A stretch of 32,000 nucleotides of DNA, taken from NCBI GenBank assembly GCA_048882505.1, contig JBHLRO010000002.1, forward strand, positions 240,001-272,000, read 5' to 3'. Origin of the DNA: Candidatus Thorarchaeota archaeon (GTDB taxonomy: Archaea > Asgardarchaeota > Heimdallarchaeia > Hodarchaeales > Hodarchaeaceae). This document shows positions 8,485 to 17,009 of the stretch, piece by piece (position 1 is the first letter of the stretch; each line of letters begins with the position of its first letter). A program made the translations under genes and the position numbers. The notes under the pieces are model-generated. The model had not been told where the DNA came from, did no database searches, and saw only the letters and a list, made by a program, of their open reading frames with translations.

Positions 8485-8793
8485 TAAAAGCTTTTTTTGG
8501 GGCTTCGCTCTTAAAGGTTTTCTTTTATAACCTAGCTTGATCGAGTAATAGGCACTATTATAAATATCATCGAAACCATCAAGACGTTAAAGGGGTTTAA
8601 ATCGGAAAAGATCCTCTCTAATTATGAATTTGGCTTTAGAACGTCTTTTCTCCACCAATAGCACCTGATTTGATTTGAAAAACTCCAAGATTTATAGGAG
8701 AAAATCGACTAATTGCCGGAGTTCCTTGTTTTTTGGTCTACGTTACTCGATCAATTTTTACAAAAGAATATTTCAATACATCGAATTATTAAA

Positions 8794-9531
8794 CTAAATT
8801 ACCTCTTCTTGACTCTTACGACGGATAGAGATTTCCGGCCTGTATAACTCTTTTACAACTCTGATCAACAACACCATGGCAAGAGATATGGTGATGCCAA
8901 GTGTTCCAAAATCAAAACCCAGCTCAATAAAATAGTGGCTGGCCAAGTAGATTATCGTCCAGCTTAAAGCCAAAGCAGTCCATGATAGTATCGCAAATGA
9001 GGTGAATTGTGACCGGAAGAGTTTATGTAACTTTGTCACCTCAGGACTCTTTTCGGAATAGTAGGTCTCATATTCATGGATAACTTGATGAAAACGCGCT
9101 GTAATATACCAAATTTCATACAGGAACCAAGAAAGAACCACGCTAAACGAAATCACATATGGATCATTAAAAATGGATATGATACCAACCGTCAGGATGC
9201 GATTAAGTTCATTTGATCCGTAAGTGGAAAGTATTCCAACTGCGAGAATAATGAACACTGGAAATCCAAAGGTTATTCCGCGTAGTTGAGGCAGTAAAGC
9301 AAATATCCCATATCCTACTAGGAGGCCTGTCAGTAATAGAATGAATACAACAGTGAGCTGTACGATGATATCATGGGGAGAAAAGTATAGGACAGAAACC
9401 AGACAAACAGATGCAAGCGGTAGATAAAATGATCCAAAAAAGGTAATAAAAATGACTGTTTTTATTAGATAAATAATTCTTAATAATTGTCGAAAACTCC
9501 GTGCTTGAACTTGAGCATCCATTTTAGTCAC
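8794..9531 (-). CDS. Multi-pass membrane protein, last gene of the MoxR operon
   Basis: About 6-7 hydrophobic helices; its start overlaps the DUF58 gene stop by 4 nt. Confidence 0.75.
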   Translation of the reverse strand: MTKMDAQVQARSFRQLLRIIYLIKTVIFITFFGSFYLPLASVCLVSVLYFSPHDIIVQLTVVFILLLTGLLVGYGIFALLPQLRGITFGFPVFIILAVGILSTYGSNELNRILTVGIISIFNDPYVISFSVVLSWFLYEIWYITARFHQVIHEYETYYSEKSPEVTKLHKLFRSQFTSFAILSWTALALSWTIIYLASHYFIELGFDFGTLGITISLAMVLLIRVVKELYRPEISIRRKSQEEVI

Positions 9532-10787
9532 GTCCGAATATAAGGTGGATGAGCCGTCTGGGGCTTTAATCCTGAATCAGGGTACCAATAAAGTAATGGT
9601 ATCCTTAAATTTGCTAATTTAGTAAAAACATGCATTCTGTCAAACCTAAGAAGAGCATCAGCGATTTTGGTAACATTAGGAGGGTAATTATTCTTGATTT
9701 CCCTTAGAAGTCCGTTTTCATCTAAGGGCATTATTACCACAAGAGGATAATCGCGTGTGACCAGTTCAATCAAAAAATCGAGAATAAGCCTATTATATAG
9801 TGGGCTCACAAATACAATCTGTGAGACTCGAGAGAGGCTTGGGAGAAGTTTTTTATTAAGCCGCTGTTGGAAAATAGCTTCGACTTGGGGGTAGCTTGGA
9901 GAAACATCGATCAGGTACTCACTAATCTGCAGTAACTGCCTTTTTCCAATAGCAGGGGGAATTTCTTCAATAAATTCACCAATACCAATGAAACCTATCT
10001 TGTTTCTCAGAGAAATGAGGTATTCAGAGGAACTTAAGGCAGCCTTAACCCCCTCCTCAATAACCCGGGTGCTAGAGATAGTATGATCAAGACAGATGTA
10101 GATGCTAGCGCTTTGATCAAGTGCATATTCATTAGTTGCTAATCGTTGATATTTCGCTGTGACTCTCCAATTTATTGTCCGCATCTCATCATTGGGTTGA
10201 TAATTTCTTACACCTTGAAAATCAAAGTCTCTGCCCTTGAAGATGATTGATGGAATATGACCTGAATTAGGGAGTAGCTGACGATAGAGTGGAATTCGTT
10301 TAGTTTTGATCAATGAGGGAACTACAGATATTGTGCTGTAAACGGGGATCTCTTTTATTTCAGTATGAAAATGGAATATGTCAGAGGCTTTCAAATCGAC
10401 TGGGCCAAGCAAATGTCTTCCTCTTTCATGACATCTAATAGAATATGTAAGCACTACTTCTTCTCCCTGATCAAGCTCTAATAACCAGTGATTCGATCCT
10501 TGGAAGACAGTAAAAGAGGGGGAGATATTATCCATAATTTCTAACACGGGGATTCGATTTCCCGAATTATGTATCAGGAGCGTTACAATAATAGGATCAC
10601 CTTCCTCTTCTGTTTTTAATCGTGAAATCGAGCGATTCACCCGAATATTATCAATCATAACCACTGGAGAAGCAAGGGAATAGAAAAAAAATATGGTAAG
10701 GGGTAAGATTATCCCGATATATTGCCATATTCCATATATAACGGTTAAAACAAGAAAGAAAAGTGCGATCGTGAACATATTTACCAA
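9528..10787 (-). CDS. DUF58 family protein (MoxR partner, vWA-like) with N-terminal TM helices
   Basis: GRDFDFQGVRNYQPNDEMRTINWRVTAK matches the DUF58 signature; Ig-like domain with RGRHLLGP; adjacent to moxR. Confidence 0.9.
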   Translation of the reverse strand: MVNMFTIALFFLVLTVIYGIWQYIGIILPLTIFFFYSLASPVVMIDNIRVNRSISRLKTEEEGDPIIVTLLIHNSGNRIPVLEIMDNISPSFTVFQGSNHWLLELDQGEEVVLTYSIRCHERGRHLLGPVDLKASDIFHFHTEIKEIPVYSTISVVPSLIKTKRIPLYRQLLPNSGHIPSIIFKGRDFDFQGVRNYQPNDEMRTINWRVTAKYQRLATNEYALDQSASIYICLDHTISSTRVIEEGVKAALSSSEYLISLRNKIGFIGIGEFIEEIPPAIGKRQLLQISEYLIDVSPSYPQVEAIFQQRLNKKLLPSLSRVSQIVFVSPLYNRLILDFLIELVTRDYPLVVIMPLDENGLLREIKNNYPPNVTKIADALLRFDRMHVFTKLANLRIPLLYWYPDSGLKPQTAHPPYIRT

Positions 10788-10811
10788 ACGAAATGTTTTA
10801 GCCAGAGCATT

Positions 10812-11774
10812 CTACTCCTTTCGTGGGGCCCTAACTTTTGATAAAATTTTTTCAATCATGATATCAGCGGAGGTTCCAGATAACCAAGTACCTATCTCCA
10901 AAATGATTCTGTGACTTAGTGTTATTACGGCGAGGTCTTTCACATCCTGAGGAATGACGTAGTCTCGGTTATTAAGCATTGCATTTGCTCGAGAAAGGGC
11001 CATCAGATCTAGAGAACCTCGTGGGCTGGCACCGACCTTTATGCGTGGAAGTTCACGTGTTTGATGAACGATTTCAACAATGTACTCTTTAATTTCATCA
11101 GAAACATGAACTAGCTCCAAACTTCTTTGCATTTTCCAAAAAGTAGTGCGGTCTGTTATACGTTCAACTTCAAAGGATTTTGTCTTCCTCTTGATTCGAT
11201 TTGTCAATATAATGCGTTCTGCCCCTTTCGGAGGATAGCCAACCTTGATTTTTGCTAGAAATCTATCTATCTGTGCCTCTGGCAGAGCGAAGGTTCCCTC
11301 TAACTCGAGGGGATTTTGGGTTGCGATCACCAAAAATGGTTTGTTTTCTGCAACTAGGGGATAGGTGATTCCTCCTACTGAGATCTGATATTCGGCCATG
11401 GCCTCTAGCAACGCGCTCTGAGTTTTGGGTGTTGCTCTGTTCACTTCATCTGCGAGAATAATATCAGTAAATAGAGGGCCTTTACTGAACTCAAACTCAT
11501 TGGTCTTTTGGTTATATATTTCCGCGCCGGTAAGATCCTGGGGCAATAAATCTGGAGTAAACTGTATTCGCCTAAAATCACAACCAAGTGCGTTTGCGAA
11601 TGAGCGACATATCATTGTTTTCCCTAGTCCTGGATAGTCTTCAAACAAAATGTGTCCATCCGCAAGCAGAGCAAGCATAACTTGACGTAAGACCTCATCT
11701 TTTCCAATAATATGTTTTTTTATTGCATTTAGTATGTTTTCACATTGGCTCGCTGTCTCTTCGATTTTTAACAT
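10812..11774 (-). CDS. moxR: MoxR family AAA+ ATPase
   Basis: Walker A EDYPGLGKT, RIQFTPDLLPQD, Walker B ILADEVNRATPKTQSALLEAM, IATQNPLELEGTFALPEAQIDRF, GASPRG. Confidence 0.95.
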   Translation of the reverse strand: MLKIEETASQCENILNAIKKHIIGKDEVLRQVMLALLADGHILFEDYPGLGKTMICRSFANALGCDFRRIQFTPDLLPQDLTGAEIYNQKTNEFEFSKGPLFTDIILADEVNRATPKTQSALLEAMAEYQISVGGITYPLVAENKPFLVIATQNPLELEGTFALPEAQIDRFLAKIKVGYPPKGAERIILTNRIKRKTKSFEVERITDRTTFWKMQRSLELVHVSDEIKEYIVEIVHQTRELPRIKVGASPRGSLDLMALSRANAMLNNRDYVIPQDVKDLAVITLSHRIILEIGTWLSGTSADIMIEKILSKVRAPRKE

Positions 11775-11805
11775 GTTAGACCATTCTCCATTTACTTTTG
11801 TTAAG

Positions 11806-12273
11806 TCATAAAAGCTGTTCTAGCTCATTTAGAATCTGTATAAACTCCCTATGGAAATGATCACGGACTAGTTGTCCTCGCTGCTTGATAGATGAACTTG
11901 AAGGTGCGATGGTCGAATAATTATGAATTAACCAATTATGGGGATTTGTCATCAAGAGATTGAGGCTTGGGCTCAGTTGGGATTTTTGCTCAGAAAGATA
12001 CTCATTTGCGATTTTTGAGACGATTAAACTGAGCGTTTCGACCTTGTTCTCAGAACTACAATGTGCTAAATGCAAAAAATTGTCATAGGTTTCACTTGTT
12101 GGCCGAGATGACCGAAAATATTCCACATCCCCTCTCTGAAAATCACGAGTGACGGGGGTAAGTTCCTTGATCCAATATGAGTTAAGTGCTCTCCATAAAA
12201 GGAAAAAAACTATTATTAATATAAATGGTAGAGATAATTCAATCTGCTTTTGAAGATCAGTGAAGTTATCCAT
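11806..12273 (-). CDS. Hypothetical protein with a single N-terminal TM helix (MoxR operon)
   Basis: 155-aa ORF; hydrophobic LPFILIIVFFLLW; overlaps the upstream gene by 8 nt. Confidence 0.7.
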   Translation of the reverse strand: MDNFTDLQKQIELSLPFILIIVFFLLWRALNSYWIKELTPVTRDFQRGDVEYFRSSRPTSETYDNFLHLAHCSSENKVETLSLIVSKIANEYLSEQKSQLSPSLNLLMTNPHNWLIHNYSTIAPSSSSIKQRGQLVRDHFHREFIQILNELEQLL

Positions 12274-13237
12274 TTTTTCTCCCCGTTTTGGTTTCAGTTG
12301 GCTTATCCATTTGTGTAGATTCAGAACTCTCTGTCATAAACGAAGGAAAAATGATAGAATTCGACAAATCTTTTGCTTGTTGTTCATGCCCCTGCCCCAT
12401 CGAATGTTGGGAGAATTTTGCTTCCTCAAATAGAGATGTTAGGTTTGAAATGACAGGAGGAAGGGATAATTTCTTCCTTATTACGTCATTAGTAAATTCA
12501 GAAGGAGTTAATGTAACGGAATCATCGGCGCCTCGTTTTTCAAGTGTATTTGAAGCCCTATAGTAATAATCTAAGATTGACTGTGCAAGATGTTCTGTTG
12601 TTCTATAAGCAGGATATGTTTCTTCCTCAGGTTCAGACAGTTGGTCCTCGGATTCTTGGCCTCTTGCCAAGAATAGAATAAGAAGTGGAAGGAGAAGAAC
12701 ACCCCAAAAGATCACTTTTACGAGATCAAAAATCAAATTAGAAATGCTTACAAAATCTCCGGAAGCGTTATCCAGAGAAGGATTCTGTTCTGGCAGGTCA
12801 ACAGTAATAGGTTCATTAAATTCTGTATCATCGGGTGTTGTCGCGTTAGATTCGCCGGAAATATCATCGAAATCACTGAAAAGACTAGGATTGGGGAACA
12901 GAACTATCATTAGTAATAAAATTCCTCCAATTAGGCCCCAATTGATCCAGGGGATCCATGATTGCGAATAAGACTTTTTATGCTGGAAAAAAAGAAAAAC
13001 GACAGTAAAAAGCGGCAAAAATACCCCTATTGTTTCTAGAGGGCCATTCTCAATTATCAGGACAGGTTGAACAGAACTGGGATTTCTCGTTAGAGAAAAA
13101 GCTAATTGAAAGTAAGCCAAGGTAACCAATGCGAAACAAAAGAGGAAGAACTCTTTTCGTCTTAGAAAAGAAAAATCTTTCAAAAATACCATACCATATA
13201 TCCACGTTTTAAGAACCGTGAGCGGATCCTTGCCCAA
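12266..13237 (-). CDS. DUF4129 domain membrane protein, first gene of the MoxR operon
   Basis: Four TM helices and a C-terminal YYYRASNTLEKRG...TLTPSEF...LTSLFEEAKFSQH that matches DUF4129. ATG at 13192 is an alternative start. Confidence 0.85.
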   Translation of the reverse strand: MGKDPLTVLKTWIYGMVFLKDFSFLRRKEFFLFCFALVTLAYFQLAFSLTRNPSSVQPVLIIENGPLETIGVFLPLFTVVFLFFQHKKSYSQSWIPWINWGLIGGILLLMIVLFPNPSLFSDFDDISGESNATTPDDTEFNEPITVDLPEQNPSLDNASGDFVSISNLIFDLVKVIFWGVLLLPLLILFLARGQESEDQLSEPEEETYPAYRTTEHLAQSILDYYYRASNTLEKRGADDSVTLTPSEFTNDVIRKKLSLPPVISNLTSLFEEAKFSQHSMGQGHEQQAKDLSNSIIFPSFMTESSESTQMDKPTETKTGRKNG

Positions 13238-13270
13238 TTCGGTTTTTTTTAAATAGGATAGTAAAAGGAG

Positions 13271-13282
13271 AGTGCGCGCACT
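13271..13282. promoter_or_regulatory. Perfect 12-bp palindrome AGTGCGCGCACT, candidate operator upstream of the MoxR operon
   Basis: Seen directly. It is GC-rich within an AT-rich intergenic region and lies ~17 nt upstream of a minus-strand TATA-like TATTTAAA (about 13247-13254). Confidence 0.3.
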
Positions 13283-13425
13283 TAAGATGTTTTTCCTCTA
13301 TGCAAGTTGGCATTAAAAACGTTTAATCGAACTCGTGCCTCTGATTACCGTAGTAGAATTGTGATTCCAAGATTTTTCCGATCGTTTCAAGCTTAAACCT
13401 TGGAAGATTAACAATTAAGACGTTT

Positions 13426-14622
13426 TCAGTTTGATTGAATCCCAGCAGCCGAATGTTGAGAGTTGGGTTCCAAAATTCGTGTCATCTTCAATAAAGATTG
13501 CATTCTATGCTCTTTCGCTTCAAAATGCGATGTTTTTGAACCCGATATTACACATATGGGATATTCGGGGTGTGATAATACTCCTGCGAGATTTCTCTGA
13601 TTAGAAATCTCTTCTGGAAGGAAGGGAACTTGCAATGGATGCCTAGAATGGATTGGGATTCGATAAGCATAATCTAAGGTTAACTGAGCTCGGTCCAATG
13701 TTTTCAGTGATGTTGTCATGAATTTGATCACTAAGCGGGGGTTTTTTCTTGCCCATAAACCAAAATTCTCATCAGGCAATGGATTACAGGAAATGGGTAC
13801 GGGTTGACGCGATGAATTATAAAAATAAAGGGTGATTATTCCGGTTAAATCAAGTTTTTGAATTATATTCTCGCCAGCTTGCTTGATGGCTAAAATGGAT
13901 GGCCCTTTTAATCCCGAATAGGGGATTAGACTGTTCTGTTCTAGAAAATCAGGAAATAAAGCGTGTTGATGAGGGGATTTGAGGGTTTGAACTCCCATAA
14001 ACTGGATCTTGGATCCTGAAACCAAAAAGCAAGCACTTTGAATCTGAGACGTTGTTAGATAAAATCCTTTCAGATTTCGGGGATATATTTCTGCTAATGC
14101 AGTCTTTTCGTTAACGAAAAAACTGCCGACCTTCGTGATGAAAACACCAGGGAAACTGTCATGTGATATTTCTGAGGCAGAGATTTCCTTATCCAAAGAA
14201 CGAAAAAAAGTTGGACAACAAACGCTAAGATTGTTTATAAATTTGAAGGCATCACTCGTCTGTTCTAATGTAGATCTCTCTGGCATGAAGACTTCGATTT
14301 GGTTCGAAAAACGCTCCAAATAATGCAATTTAGTTTGAAGTGGAGAAGACGGAATCACTAAGTCAAAGGAAATCTCTTCCAACATGACCTGAGTAAGTTC
14401 ATAGAGGTATTCCTCGAGACTTCGGTGTTTGAGTCGCCATAAGGATTTATTGATCACTTGTTTCTCAACCGAAAAGGCCCAGTCAACATATCGTCGTGTG
14501 TCTGCATTTCCAAGAACATCTATCGCGCCAATTTGGAGGTTGGGCATGGTTTTTTTAAGGAGATACACTATTGGTCCAACTTCACGCCCAACGCACAGGA
14601 CTCGTTTTAGATCCGACACCAT
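13426..14622 (-). CDS. COG2232-type ATP-grasp family protein, catalytic motifs appear degenerate
   Basis: N-terminus RVLCVGREVGPI....AIDVLGNADT (cf. LVVG.N.R.IA...AVD.FGD.D), C-terminal YPICVI (cf. GEPICTV). The KP/GG loop, the QE motif and the ExNPR glutamate are not recognisable (ISCNPLP). Confidence 0.6.
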   Translation of the reverse strand: MVSDLKRVLCVGREVGPIVYLLKKTMPNLQIGAIDVLGNADTRRYVDWAFSVEKQVINKSLWRLKHRSLEEYLYELTQVMLEEISFDLVIPSSPLQTKLHYLERFSNQIEVFMPERSTLEQTSDAFKFINNLSVCCPTFFRSLDKEISASEISHDSFPGVFITKVGSFFVNEKTALAEIYPRNLKGFYLTTSQIQSACFLVSGSKIQFMGVQTLKSPHQHALFPDFLEQNSLIPYSGLKGPSILAIKQAGENIIQKLDLTGIITLYFYNSSRQPVPISCNPLPDENFGLWARKNPRLVIKFMTTSLKTLDRAQLTLDYAYRIPIHSRHPLQVPFLPEEISNQRNLAGVLSHPEYPICVISGSKTSHFEAKEHRMQSLLKMTRILEPNSQHSAAGIQSN

Positions 14623-14707
14623 TATTCGCCCGAATTTAACTCGAAACGCAAACCAATATTAATATGAAACCAATTAATCATATTGATGTTTCCTAAAGGT
14701 ACAGAAG

Positions 14708-15424
14708 GTGGCGAAAAGGATGGCTGGTTCCCAAATTTCACCAGAAGATCACAAGCGTTTCTTGTATCTACGTATTATAATTGATTGGTTGAAATCTAAT
14801 GGACATAGAATCGCACATCACGTGCTATCACGGACTTCTGGACCTTTGGCTGGTCGAGGTGATATAAAACCATTATTATCCCTCATTGACGGAGTTATAG
14901 CTGATATTTTGACCCTGGACTCCAATAGTACGCTGACTCTGGTAAAATCAGTCGAATCTGACGAGTTAATAGCCCATTTTCCTGAAGACAAGTCCTTACG
15001 GGAAAGTTTAGATGGGATCCGAGCTGCAGAGCTGGAGAATATACATTTCATTTTTGTTTCAACGGGAATCTTAGCTCCAACTTTACTTCAAGAAAACTTT
15101 GAAGTCCAATATCCTGAGATAACAAAAATAACCTTTTTGGAGACTAGATTTGAAACTGAACCATTACACCGTATTGGGAATCCTACGATTTACATGCGGA
15201 AAGCCATTGGTCAAATACGACAGATGGATACTAGATTTACAGAGAATCCGGAAATCCAATGTGATTGTGGTGGTAATTATTGGCAAGGGACCTACAAAAT
15301 CTCTTTCTGGGGAAAATCGACTACCGTGGATTATTTAGTTTGTCCTAATTGCGCCACTCAAATCGAACCACCTGAAAATGCAGATACGATAATGAATTTT
15401 GTCCAAGGGTTTTCCGCTACATAA
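14708..15424 (+). CDS. Hypothetical protein with a C-terminal YgiT/MqsA-type zinc ribbon; N-terminal domain possibly DUF4258-like
   Basis: CDCGG-x22-CPNC followed by a short helix; the N-terminal domain has weak DUF4258-like motifs. Confidence 0.55.
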   Translation: MAKRMAGSQISPEDHKRFLYLRIIIDWLKSNGHRIAHHVLSRTSGPLAGRGDIKPLLSLIDGVIADILTLDSNSTLTLVKSVESDELIAHFPEDKSLRESLDGIRAAELENIHFIFVSTGILAPTLLQENFEVQYPEITKITFLETRFETEPLHRIGNPTIYMRKAIGQIRQMDTRFTENPEIQCDCGGNYWQGTYKISFWGKSTTVDYLVCPNCATQIEPPENADTIMNFVQGFSAT

Positions 15425-16048
15425 TGCTATAAAAGAATGACCAATTTATCTTCCCACGTTGTGCTTTAATTGGGTGATTCATAATATCTTCATGCCTTTA
15501 TGACAGATTAATCCCCTATGAAGTATAGAATGGTTAAGTTTTGATGTTTAGGCAAGAATATGTCCTATGTTCTAGATCTAATTCTAGCGGTGTTCCCATA
15601 TTCAATGGCCCTTTATAGGCCATCCGTAAACTTCGGGAGCGAAAGCTATATGAATGTAAATGGTGATATTAAATCCTTTCACTCCTTATTGGCCTATACC
15701 GCCTCACTCGTCCCCTTTTCCGATGAAAAATGGAGAAAAGGTGAAAGAAAAGGCGGGTGCAGTAATCATAATAGATTCCAGGCAGTAAGCCTTTCCTTTC
15801 CGTGTATAGATTTATTCACCAGAATTATATAAGCCTTTAGATATAAAACATCCGGTTTTTTGCGAAAATAGAGCCGTACATACTGTTCTGTTCATTGATT
15901 TCCCACTTACATATGACCGCGTCAGCTTGGTTGAGACGAGTTGATGAAGTGTTGTGTTCCTCGATATGTAAATAGTTGACTTCCCAAGACATTCGAATGG
16001 TCTAGAAGTGAATCAAAAAGTGGCTTTCAAAACACAGGACTTATAATA

Positions 16049-16072
16049 AAAATCGTGTGATTCACAGATTTT
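16049..16072 (-). terminator. Imperfect inverted repeat just 3' of the Roadblock gene, possible terminator
   Basis: AAAATC(G)TGTGA-T-TCACA-GATTTT, followed on the minus strand by a T-rich tract; 35 nt past the stop at 16107. Confidence 0.3.
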
Positions 16073-16106
16073 TCCGTTTTTTTATTCGAATTCATGCTTT
16101 TGAAGA

Positions 16107-16817
16107 TCATTCGGGCATTAATCGTTTTTTCCAATCGTTAATAGCCATCTTAATAGCCTGTTTAATATTTAAGACACTTTCGGGGTCAATTTGTTTGTCG
16201 CGAACTAATTTTTCTAATTTTAGGGCGAATCTGTTCATTTCATAAGAAACTGTTCCGGAATTCACTAATGTGAACAAGTTTTCCTTCTGAGCCCGAATAA
16301 TACCTGCTAGAACGGCTGGTTGATCCGCCTGTTCGATCTTCTCGGTAAAGGATTCAAAAAAGGCATTGATTTTCCTCTCATCAGGACGTTGGAACTTTTC
16401 CCTTTCCTTGATTTCGATGGCAATTCCTTCAATCGCATTGGAGATGATTGGATGAAGACGTTGCATTTCGTGAATAATGGTGGTCTCAAGATTCTCATCG
16501 ACTATGGCTGTCAACATTACTTTTGGGTCTGCATCAATAACGCTAGACAGTAAAAGGCCACCAGATGTTCTTACAGTCATATTAACAAAACTTCCATCCA
16601 ATTCTCGAGCTATAGTATCACCTGTTGAGACCACGAGGCTGCTCAACGCGCTGAGAGCGATTTCCGCATCTTCAGTCTCAATACGTGAGCGAGTAACGAT
16701 TGGTAATCCGTTTATATCTGAAAGAACACAAATTTTCGCGCCGAGTTCAACTAGAGAGGAGATGAGAACAGATAACGATGCGACATCTGTTGCTGCCAAA
16801 CTATACACCTGTTTCAA
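16107..16817 (-). CDS. Roadblock/LC7 (MglB/LAMTOR-like) domain protein with a C-terminal helical extension
   Basis: GAKICVLSDINGLPIVT...ALSALSSLVVSTGDTIARELDG...MTVRTSGG.LL......MLTAIV is a typical Roadblock pattern; followed by ~110 aa of helical sequence. Confidence 0.8.
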   Translation of the reverse strand: MKQVYSLAATDVASLSVLISSLVELGAKICVLSDINGLPIVTRSRIETEDAEIALSALSSLVVSTGDTIARELDGSFVNMTVRTSGGLLLSSVIDADPKVMLTAIVDENLETTIIHEMQRLHPIISNAIEGIAIEIKEREKFQRPDERKINAFFESFTEKIEQADQPAVLAGIIRAQKENLFTLVNSGTVSYEMNRFALKLEKLVRDKQIDPESVLNIKQAIKMAINDWKKRLMPE

Positions 16818-17009
16818 AAAGAATAGACATTTCTATGATTTCCTAGGCTCTCCTAAAAATTGTTTTGTATTTATAGTTAAAAAAACCGGCAATGCTGCCA
16901 AAGTTGATTTATCTATTTAGACTAAATTTTTAAGAAAGAAGACTAAATTTTCAGAACGAGAACGTACGACGTATTCTTTCCTTAATAACCAATACAGGAA
17001 GATCTTTTC

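Noticed and set aside
7220-14662. ORFs 7220-7405, 7787-8014, 10693-10914, 11425-11637, 12288-12563, 12744-12971, 14135-14323, 14429-14662
   Set aside because: They are antisense shadows of real minus-strand genes.
15624-15647. CCGTAAACTTCGGGAG resembles a 23S rRNA segment
   Set aside because: Only a short match; the flanks show no rRNA-like sequence or GC content.
15560-15832. 90-aa plus-strand ORF in the long intergenic gap
   Set aside because: No recognisable motif and atypical composition; it overlaps the stem-loop. Not called as CDS, though it cannot be fully excluded.
15913-15975. 20-codon ORF MTASAWLRRVDEVLCSSICK
   Set aside because: Too short to support without conservation data.
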